Part shown: in pieces, positions 26,001 to 37,318 of the stretch
Layout: every line of letters starts with the position of its first letter
Numbering within the stretch: position 1 is the stretch's first letter
NCBI GenBank assembly: GCA_012295275.1
Contig: CM022670.1
Span: 6,386,001-6,450,000 of the forward strand
Direction of reading: 5' to 3'
Source of the DNA: Chrysomallon squamiferum
Taxonomy: Eukaryota > Animalia > Mollusca
Length of the DNA stretch: 64,000 nt
The notes under the pieces: generated by a model
The model's input: only the letters and a program-made list of their open reading frames with translations
Told to the model about the DNA's origin: nothing
Databases searched by the model: none
Made by a program: the position numbers and the translations under genes

Positions 26001-29000
26001 TGTCAGTTTGAGTGTGTGTGTGACATTTAGTTAAATAATAAAGGGTTACACGACATATCACGACCTTATGAAGACAGGTTAAGCAACAAGAGGAGAGTGT
26101 TACGTAAATTAGCCTCGCAGCTCAGTCGTAACATTATTTGAAATCTCTGATGTGTGATAGTCAGTGGTTTCTGAACGAAACGTGATCTGTTGCAGAATTT
26201 CTCATCTCGAAGTGATGTTGGGCTGCTTGTCTAAACCAGAATTAAATATCGAAAAAATCTCACATTTATTAAATACTGAAAACAACGAAATACATCTCAC
26301 ATAACCTGCAACAGCTGTAATCTTCTACACTCTGTTGTCGCTAGTTTTAGTTTCTGAAATAAAGGTGTACTCGTATACAAAAGCATAACGAGATACATAA
26401 TATGCGGGTACATTTATGCAGAGATATAAAATACGTAAAATTGATTCAGAATAATATGCATGTATTTTTGAACATTTACGCTTGTACAAATAAACACAGA
26501 AATCAAACGACACACATTTATACACTATAGATCCCAAATTTATCGCCAGCCTTTCAAACTGTTGTTTTCTCACAAATGAGCCACTGAACATCACACCTGA
26601 TTTGTTAATCTTTTGTTGATAGATAATAAAGTGTAATTAAAATGGAAATATTACCTCCATGGATTGGTTCAGTTTTAAACGTTTAGAGATTTTTAAAGTC
26701 ATTATCAAATTCATCAGAGAGAATCTGTCCATCACTCTCAGTTTTTTAAAATCAAGTCTACGTTACGAGTAACAGTTAAAATTTCTGTCTCTGCTGTTTC
26801 TACTAACCTCAACACACGTGGTAGCACTTTTAGTAGAATCGGCGAAATGTTGATATTCGTTGTAAAGTATTATTATTACCAGTAATAGTTGTAGTACTAG
26901 TATTAACAGAAATAAATGTATTTGTGGTAGTATTATAGTAATAATGTTAGTGGTAGTAGTAATAGTAGCAGCAGTAGTAGTAATGGTAGTAGTAGTAGTA
27001 ATAGTTGTCGTAGTAGGAGGAGTAATACATTATAATAACAGAGGTAGTTGGAATTGTAATGATGGTAGTAATGGTCGTAGTAGTAGTTGATGTTGTAGAA
27101 CTACAGCAAATGTAGCAGCAGCAGCAGTAGCAGCAGTAGTAGTAGCATTAGAACTAATGATAATAGTAATGGCAGTATTAGTAGTAACATCATTGCTATG
27201 AATTAACAGTAATTCTAGTAATAATATTTCAAAAAGTAGCAAAATATCATACTTCCATTTAAAAAAAAAGAAGAAAAAAAAAAAAGAAAAATTCTTGTGA
27301 TATTCACCCAACTTCATAAAATATTCAAATTTAAATATTTCAATCAATATTTCAAAAATAACCTTGTCACACTTGTTGATAAAAGAATAAATTTAATTGC
27401 GTTTATATCGGGATGTGTGAGCCAAAAGATCTGAAATGCAAAAATCGTTTGTTGCATTACAATACATCGAATCGATTTTGTTCTCTGCATATACGTATTC
27501 TTTTTTTTTTTTTTTCTAAGATCCACAATATGGTGTAACATTACACTAGAGATGTGACATATAACATTACTCGATTGCATTAATTGTAATCCATGCATGT
27601 CTTTCTCGAAACTAAAACTCGCGGCTCAGTGGCGACCGCGAAAGCCTAGAACCACATCTGGGATATTCAAACAACGGAAACAATGACACAGCTAATACTT
27701 AGCTGTGAAAAACACATCGCAGCTGTTATTAAACATCTAAATAAGTTATGTGTGCAGCAGCAGCTTTGCAACTCGCTGTGCGTGAAATGAAGATGCTGCA
27801 GTGTTTAGGACGTCGTCGTTCTCGTAAACAACGCCGTGTGATGTGTTTGACTGGCCAAGCGGAACAAGGTGTCGGACGCAAAATAATACACGTAGATAAC
27901 ACTTTGTTCTCGACTGATCGATACGTTCAAAGTTTCGTGTCGCTGGATGATCGAAATTTCATCAACACACGATGTTTAAAATGTTATAGAAATACCACCG
28001 TTATCTTTCGCATTAATAACTGTTGTTGATTTAGATTTAAATAAATTGCTAGCATTAATTCTAATCTGTTCATCAAAATTGTTGAACTACTGTAGTACTG
28101 AGTATTAATAATGATTTACTGATTTATGTAATTAAATAATGGATTGATTCAGTTTATAAATGTTTACGTTATTGTAGAATGAAGAAATGTTTTTAAATCA
28201 TTATTGTACAGAGTATTATAGACCATCCAAATTAAATAACTTAAATAGTTTTATAGTTATATATTGTTGTATTATAACTATTGTTGTGTTATATTTTTTG
28301 AAATACTGTGAATTATAACTAATTAAATTTAGCATTTTTTATGACTAACGATTTAAAACCACTGATCGCCTTTCAGAAACTGAGAAACTATTTCTTTTGT
28401 TAAAGTTACAGCATATTATTGAAAAATGTGTGACGCCATTTATTAAGCCAGGAGTCAAATTTTAAATAATTCATTTAAAGTTTAAATTTTTCACCTCGAG
28501 GAGTTTTCATTTAAATTTTAATTTTTCATTCAGTTTCTTTCTTTCACCTTCTGCTCAGTTCCACCGTTTGTCGCTTTCTTCAATTTTGAAATAATAATAA
28601 AAAAAAAAAAAAAAAAATTATATTATATTTGTAAAAGTTCAACATCCAGTGGGCTTCTTATTTCACTTTTTTCCATTCTCTTTTTTTTTTTTTTATTTAA
28701 AAATAAATGATATTTGTGAGAATTAAAGAGTCGGTGCATTTTTCACGTGAACGAAACTGGAAAGATAAATTAAATTAACTTTGCGTTGCAGAGGAGAACC
28801 TCTTGAGCAATCAGAAATTATTCTACAATTTAATAATCCGCCGCATGTCGCCTTTCTTAACCATTCCCTGCAGCGCGGGGCGGAAATGTAGGCAGTACAT
28901 AAAGCTTGTCAGTGGAGCGACATCTATGTTTGCTGGTCACGATCGTCTTAGTTAGAACTGTCAACACGGAACACGAGTGTGAAGAGCAGTCCGGCAAACA

Positions 29001-29249
29001 CACAACAAAACGACTTCTCCCTTACCTCGCGCCTAAATCAATAATGAACATCCAATTTACATATTTCCGGTATCGAAGATTTCGTCTCGTGTTAGTAGGG
29101 AAAACTGGAATTTCTCGGCGTGCGGTAAATGAATGAATGAAAGAAAGAATCAGCGAACGAACGAATGAATATTTAGTTAACGACTCTTCAGTGCTTGTTA
29201 ATATTAACTGTTCTTCGGTGTCAAAGAAAATTTGTGTTAAATGACGAGA

Positions 29250-29360
29250 TTAGAGAGGAGATCCGCTGACGTTCTGTGAACCTTGCTCCTGTCAGTTAGC
29301 GACAATGATTTGGTTATGCTGACCTCCCCTAAACAGGAGAGCAGACATCACTGTTTTACA
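29250..29360 (-). mobile_element. SINE 3' fragment
   Basis: gagaggagatccgctg...cagttagcgacaatgatt, similar to the other copies. Confidence 0.4.
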
Positions 29361-30812
29361 GTAAGAAATATGCTAGATGGATTGTTTAACTGCAATGAGA
29401 GGGAGACTGAATAGGAGACGATTAATATAACAGCCTAACATGCACATTCCTGCATTTTGCATGAAAGTGAAAGTTATTTAACGTTGTTATATTTGATACA
29501 AGCAGTGATCAAACTCAGACTATTTATTTATAATGATGCGACCTGCAAAACTGTTCCTTAAGAACACTTTACAGCAAGTCAGAACGTAATACAACAGACA
29601 TGTACTCATACCATATCCATGTGTATATGAAATAAACTACTTTCACAAATACACATCAGAAGCTCAAAAAACAATATACACTGGCATTCATTTACATATA
29701 TATGCAACTGCATATCAGTTTTCCTACTCATTTGAATATCTTACGCATGCGTCTTAAACCCATCTAGATACTGAAGGTACTCTACGCCATGTTGCTGTGT
29801 GTATTTCTGTACGCACTGATACTGTTGTAGGTAATTAGTGAAGATAATGTGCCGTGTATCTGCATCTCATTTCTCCGTCTGCCCGGCCGTCAACTGTCAG
29901 CGGCGTGTTTACGGAAAGAGACGCATGTGGTCGAAGTATCGCAAGTTCATTTAGCATGTCACAAGCGACCAATCCAATTAGCTTGGATTTCCATCTGCAG
30001 TATCCGAAATAGACTGTTCTCCCGCGTCGTCGTTTTATCCGCTAATACGACTCACTAATCCTGTTACGCGTGTATAATACGCAGAGAATTCTGGATCTCG
30101 TAGAAAAACTCGAGACAGTCCGAGTACGATAGACGATCATAAAATATTAACAGATAGATGTTTACAGAAATGGCTTTCACTGCAGGATTTACTCACTGTT
30201 ATCTGGATGAAGAAATTACACATTTAAAAAAAAATACAGGCGTTAAAAAATTAATATTTAGCCTTTGGTCTGGATTTGTTTATTTGTAGGGTTGTTAGGA
30301 ACTTGGTTATTGTCTAATAATGTTTGATGACCGAATGACAGAGAAGTAGTGCGAAAACACAGATAAAAATATCGGGCTTTAAGCTAGAATTTGCTTCTGT
30401 AACGTTGTTATGTACGTAGTTATGGGGCCAATAATTAATATTATCAAGATGTGAAGATTATTTACTGGTTTTGCACAGACAGGAGATAATAATACATTCT
30501 AGGAGTTTTTGATCAGTGTACATTGTGTATTATTTTGAATGTAAAATATGAGATCGTACGTGTAAATTTTATTTCAAAATATTTGTATGTATTTACTTGA
30601 CACTCTTTAAACATTTGTTCAAAATTGTAAAGAAGAAAAAGATAAGAAAGAAAAAAAAAAAAAATAATAAAAACGAAACTATATTAAAATGACATTTATT
30701 TATAAAATTATTCAGTATATGCAAACATAAATACATATCACAAAGACACAGACGATCAGGCATAGGGATATAACAAAACAAATATGTAGCCGTATTTCCT
30801 TATTGAAATTAC

Positions 30813-30880
<68 letters not shown>

Positions 30881-32417
30881 GAAATGACGTTGTTCTAGAA
30901 ATAAACTAAGTCATTTCATAATCTAAAATTCTTTCTTAGCAAATGTTAAAAATAAAAAATCAATTACATCAGGAAGATTTCGAAACACAGTTTCTAGTTC
31001 ATTAACATTCACCATTTTTATCAGTATTTCTAACGCAAGCTTACAGTAATTCTGAAACGAAACCAAAATGAATGCACCAAAGTTATAACGTTACAATTTT
31101 TTTTTTTAAATGTCAAATTATTTATGCTGTTACTTACATATGTATTGATTAATGTTGTATAAACAGATGGAATGTAATCGACATACGAGACATATTTCCA
31201 TAAAAGGTGAACTAAATCAGTGCTTAATGTTTTCAAAGAATGTATTATTTTATTTATTTATTTATTTATTTCAGTGTAATATTTTTATTATAATATTATA
31301 AGCTTGCTGACGGCAGCTAAATTCAAGTTCAGATTTAATTCATGAAACATTTGAAACAGTTTGAACAAGGAACTACTTTTAAACTAAAATATCTTCATTT
31401 TCAATCAATTCGCAGCAGTCAGACCTGAACCAAATTGAAGTTTAGATTTTACATCTTCTGAAGAATGAATACCGGGTATTTGTTTATTTATCTGTTTATT
31501 CAAAAAGAAACAGAAAATTCACCAACGTACATTTCCTGGATATCACAAAGAGATGGAATGAAAACTGCACTGGGCACAAAAGCAGATTTCGGTTAACGAT
31601 AAAACATGAAACAAAGATGGAATGTTACATTAAGAACCACGTCCTGTACCGTGCTCATACATATCTTGTCCACTTCAGTTAATTTTCATAGCTTTACTTT
31701 CATTTAAGATACAAACAATCCTCTCAGTGTAAGAAGAATGTCTTTATTAGACCTTTCTGTAATAGGATACAGGAATGTCAGTTTTTAAATACATACTATC
31801 ACTACTGATGCAATGATTAAAATTTTCTTAAGTAAAAAATGTCTAATAATACATGTAATTTGGAAACACTTTATTTCTGTGACGGTACGAGTCTCTTCAG
31901 TTAGCTCCGCTTGTGAAAAAAATTAGTGGCATTTTGTCTGTGTAGAGCTATCTTTATCTACATCCATTACAGATGTCTACGCTAGATATATCATTATTTC
32001 TCAATGCTTGCACCACAAAATATAGCAGTTTTACATAACATTGATAATTTAGTCAATCCGCGAACACCAAAAGTGTGAAGAGACGTATTTGAATGTTTTG
32101 GTTTAATTCAAAAACAGAAAGTTTATAAAGAAGGACGCCCGTATTTAGAAGCCTGATTGACAACAGAGCAAATTCAAACACACTAGTTTTACTCACAAGC
32201 AAACAGCTGGAATGGGATATCACGATAAATCATATAATATTACTATGCAAAGTTGTACAGATTTTGGAAGCATATTAATAAATAATTAAAAACTGAAGTA
32301 ATGAAATGGTTTTGTCAAAATAAATAATAAATGATAATTCGGTAGATTAAAAAGTAGATTATGTAAATAACAATAATAATAATAATAAAGCAAAATAAAA
32401 TAAAATAAAAATTTGTA

Positions 32418-32463
<46 letters not shown>

Positions 32464-32644
32464 GTAATAATAAGATTAATAATAATAATAATTAAAAGAA
32501 CGAAAAATACAATAAATAGGCCATTTTGAGTTTAGTATTATAGTGCGTAGTAATACCCGTATGTATACTGTGATAGTTGTTTTAAATAGTAAATAAATAA
32601 ATATGTAACAATGTTCTCGGAATTCAACTGTTTTGTAAATGACG

Positions 32645-33213
32645 TCACGCTTCACTGAAAATCTCGTCCTCAGAATCAATCGTATAACTACCGGAAGTAG
32701 TCGTGCCGCCATCACTGTCAACACTACGCGGAAGACTTCCATACGAACCCAAGTACGCAAGCGCAGTACAGTTCAAAGGATTGCGCAGTATTGTGTAATC
32801 TCCGTCGTCATTTGGCGGAAATTCACGAATAGAAACGGCCAGATTTTGTCTGGGGAAAGTCACGTGTTTTCCGTTCTGTGTTTTTGGAGAATTATCGTCT
32901 AGTCCGTCTCCGTAAAACCTCACTTTCAGATTCTGTTTCTGTCTCACTTTCATGTTTGTATCTGAAAATCCTTTCACGTCCCTGAACGAATGACTGGGTC
33001 TGTTATCGTCTGAATAGCCCGTGTTTAGGGGCGCGTCCCTGAACGACTGACTCCCAGGGGTGGGTTTGAACTGGGTTGAGGGAGGAGGATCGTTGAATGT
33101 TTTAAATATTTTCACGTTCACTGCTCTCTTCTCACGAGGCGGTATCGTAGGAGGCGAGTTTCTGCGGACACTTTCAATTCCGAATGAGTAAACCTGGGGA
33201 TTGTTTCGAAATT
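32645..33213 (-). CDS. Protocadherin terminal coding exon (cytoplasmic tail to stop); full protein about 1142 aa
   Basis: Acceptor ttatttatttttcag|AA in phase 1 matches exon 2. Open frame EFRNNPQ...KHVTF...SVDSDGGTTTSGSYTIDSEDEIFSEA*. Confidence 0.85.
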
Positions 33214-33654
33214 CTGAAAAATAAATAACCAGAATTATAGACTGATAAATACACAGATAGACTGACAGAAATACAGAGACAGATAGATAGGTAGAGACAC
33301 ACACAGACAGACAGAGGTAGATAGATAGGTAGAGACACACACAGACAGAGACAGATAGTAAGGTAGACAAACAGAGAGACAGATAGACAGATAGGCAGAC
33401 ATACAGACAGAGATATACATAGACAGATAAAGAAATTGGCAGATGAATGGATAGAAGGACAGATAGAGAAAGGAATGTAGTAAATACAAAGCGAACGAAA
33501 GAAACAATTTAGGGTGGAAAAGAAAAGAAAGTTTATAATGAATAAAATGAGAACAACTAAAATTTAATTTAACTTGTTCCTATTAGAAGGAATGAAAGGA
33601 ATGAGCACTCAAAAACAAGGGAAGTTTTTATCTCTGTATCACTGTTGTACAAAC

Positions 33655-33772
33655 CTGCAATATCCGGGCACTGATTATACGGAATGTCATCTTCACTTCC
33701 GCCTCTGCCGCTGTCGCTGGTGGTGGTTTCCCCAGACATGTCGCTCCTGACGTCTTCATTCAGACAGGGCGC
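33655..33772 (-). CDS. Protocadherin coding exon 2 (118 bp), cytoplasmic, with DSGRGGSE (CM1-like) motif
   Basis: Acceptor ttctatttcccag|GCG in phase 0 matches exon 1. Encodes APCLNEDVRSDMSGETTTSDSGRGGSEDDIPYNQCPDIA. Donor CAG|GTTTGT, phase 1. Confidence 0.88.
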
Positions 33773-33984
33773 CTGGGAAATAGAATAATACATGTAATAA
33801 TAACAATAATCATGATGATGATGATATTTTAAAAATAAATTACAAAAAAATATATAATACATTGATAAGATGCATTTTTTGTTTGTTGACAAAACCAAAA
33901 TTGATATTTAATATTCACTTCTTTAAAACCCAGCCAGTTTTGGTACTAAAGGTATTTACGATTGTTTTACATATAATAATGATG

Positions 33985-34200
33985 TAAAGGACGAAACGCC
34001 ACTACAGTGAAGCTGCAAGAATTCTTTTATCAGTTAGCAGCAATGAATCTTTTAGATATACTTGTTTGTTACTCATCACACGTCGGTACACAGTGTTTGG
34101 TAAAGTGGTTGGAAAGATAAATAGCTTTTATGGGTGTTTGAAAGAATCGATCCCTAAACAGACCTGTCGACTGTTTTACTTACATACTACAGGGCGACTG
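33985..34200 (-). mobile_element. Decayed SINE in protocadherin intron 1
   Basis: ttagcagcaatgaatcttttagatatac core and gaatcgatccc. Confidence 0.45.
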
Positions 34201-35581
34201 TTTATCACATATCAAGCGAAAAGCTTGCTGATCTCAGAAGAAATCCTAGCCAGCTGTAGTTAATTTAATTTTCTGTGATGACTGAGTCTAGACATTACAT
34301 TAAAGACGTTCTTAGATGTCAAATATTTGTAAAAACGATATTTTCAGACTAAATAATTATCATTTATATCGCTACATCTTTAAAGTGATTAGAAATTAAT
34401 ATTCTTTATTTACAAAGGCCTTGCTTGATGATGATCACTCGCTCAAAATCGTGAATAAAAACATGAAAACAGTGTGTCTGACACAACCAATACGGCATAA
34501 TCGTTAAGAAAACATTAAAATCATCCCAAACCGTATTTATCCTGCTAAACGAACATCGTCTTAATTTGTTTTCGTCTTTCGTATTTAGAATATTATTAAA
34601 GTTACTCGTTTTTATTGCAGAACGCTGTGAGATGATAATTCTCTAACGTCTCTCTCTCTATTTGAACGTCGTCTTATCATTCCTGTGTGTCTTTAACAAT
34701 CATTTGGTCGGCGCGGTCTCGGTAACGTTATTAATATCGATAGATGTTTGCCTGCTCACTCGGGGTAAACATTTCCAAGTCCTGATTAAACACCGCACAA
34801 GCAGATTACATTGGTACGCGATGCACAGTAATTCTAACAATGACTGAAATAACCGGTGACAGAAAACTGTAGCTGCCCGTGACGGATGAAGAAAAGAGTA
34901 AGAGACGTTTCGTGTTAATAATATTGTCCAAGTTCTGATGTGTTGACAGTTTCTATTGTAGCACACACAGAGAGCTGTTGTCGTGTTACTTGACGTGACG
35001 TGGCTCTGTGGTGAAGAGCTTGACGTAAATACGGCAAATACAGGATCGATCCTCGCTGATGGCTTAGACTACAAGTATTTGTCATCCTAACCAATGTAAA
35101 CAAACTGGTGCATCAAAGACTGTGGTTTGTGACGTGCAGTCTGTTGGGGGAATTAAAACGTAGCCTATTATGAATGCAGGATTATATCACAACCACATAT
35201 TTGAAATAAAATCCGATGAGAGAAAATTAATCAATATTGTATGCTATTAAAGACAAAAAAGCCTAATATTTCAGCAGACTAATGAAATATTTTATTATTA
35301 CTACAACTAATGTTACATCTCGAATAACTATATTAAAAGTTTTAAGTTAAATGCCATCATCGTTTAAGTGAGTCGTGTTGGTTGTATTAAAATAGACTGA
35401 AGTCTGTCATATTTGTAATGTAAGAACCATACGTCTCAAGTGTCGCAAATAGAGAAAACTAGCAACAAAACGTTGCAAGAAGTCAGATGCAATGACTGTA
35501 ATGTTAAGTTTTAAATGCATAACCATATGTTTTAAATTTTGAAAAGAAAATAACTCAGTAACAATTATTAATATGTGTGTG

Positions 35582-35645
<64 letters not shown>

Positions 35646-35924
35646 CATTATTCAGCATTCTAAAATAATATTTTTGAAATAAGATCTGTGCAATCGCAAA
35701 ACATACACTTTCATATTAAAACGTATAAAAGTTTTGACGGAGACTGGCTAAGAAATATTAATCCACTTTTGTGAAACATCTTTTATGTCACATAGTTCAG
35801 AGTTTGAGTATTTTCTCACGATGATGATAGTGTAATAACGGTTTAGAGACAAGACATAGAATAAACAATGACAGATAAATCTCTAACATTTCAGTCCTTT
35901 GAAGCACAAAATATCTGAATGCTA

Positions 35925-36250
35925 ATGACAGTTACCAGAAAGACAGAAGATGTTGTAAAATGTTTTAAACTCTAATAAATTATGATAAATAGGTACCGAT
36001 TTAGAACCACAGAAATAGCTTAACCACAGAGGCAGAAAATGTTATCAAATCTTTAATATTCCAACAGTTTATGACAATCAGTACGTATGTGATTCAGAAC
36101 TAATTCCACTTCAAAGCAACAGCTTAACCACAGAGAAACAAAATGTTATGAAACCTTTAACATTTTAATAATTTATGGTAATGACTACCTGGCTTATATT
36201 CTCAAGATATTAATTTCAGATGAATAACTTAACCGCGGTGACACAGTGTA
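35925..36250. repeat. Degenerate intronic tandem repeat, unit about 104 bp
   Basis: agcttaaccacagag..aaaatgttat recurs at about 36017 and 36121, partially at 36225, and more weakly near 35930. Confidence 0.7.
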
Positions 36251-37318
36251 TTGTTGTGTTTGACATTTAAATAAACTGAGATAAAAAGTCGACTGCTCTG
36301 AGTTGAGGAATTTAAGATAAAGAAATATCAGCTCGCTGGGATCTTGCTAACCGCAACATCAGAGAATAAATTAAATCTTAATGTTTAAAAAAATAATAAT
36401 ATTTCAAACCTTCAGATTAAATATATAAATATTTTATTTCTACGAATGCATTTCACTGGAAGGCAATCACTCAAAATCTTTGTTAAAGACAGTGAATAAT
36501 GAACAAGAGAAAAATATGTTTTGTTTGCATACATTTTAAACGCCTTGGGCAAACATGTAGTTTCATGCTGCAATGCAACGCCTCGAGTGTGGAGATTGTT
36601 GGTGACTATTAATATTAAATGTTGATGACATTTTTACTTTCTCTGTGTATTAGGAAGATGTCAGGTTTTGTAAAACTGATCTCATCTCATTGTTATTCTT
36701 CTCGCCATTACATAGAATCAGCAGAGTATAAAAAAAAAAAAAAAAAATGTCGACGTTACAATCTATCTTCGATTTAAAAATCATGTAATTTACTTAGTTC
36801 CGGTAGCCTGTCGGAATATTTGATTTATTTTTTTAAACTCTGTATCGCTCCTCTTAGGCAAATCTATCCGCCCAGTTCAAATACGAAATAAAAATAACAA
36901 TACTAGAACACATATACAAGAATGATGATTTTTGACATTTCTTGTTCAGTTCGTAAGCAGAGAATCACCGTTACTAACAAAACAAATCTAATATTTATTC
37001 CAAACTCAGAATCAAAATCAGATAGGTCGGACATTGGTATAAGATATTCAGATATTACATATACAATAAAACTAAAATTAGGAGTATATACCAGTTAAAT
37101 ATATTTGTGTTTTATTTAATGATAATATATATATATATTCAAAAACAGGGAAAGGTAACATTTTTAAAAATAATTATGTTATAAGCAGATATACGATGAT
37201 AATTATAGTCATATATTAGCACAGGCAATTTCTACAAGGTGTTCACTGTTAGATAACTGGGATGTTGCAAACAGGTAAGTATAAACTGAGGTGTTACAAA
37301 ACAGGTAAAAATACTTAC

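Noticed and set aside
32640-32647. CRE palindrome over the protocadherin stop codon
   Set aside because: TGACGTCA also occurs inside the CDS, so it is probably chance.
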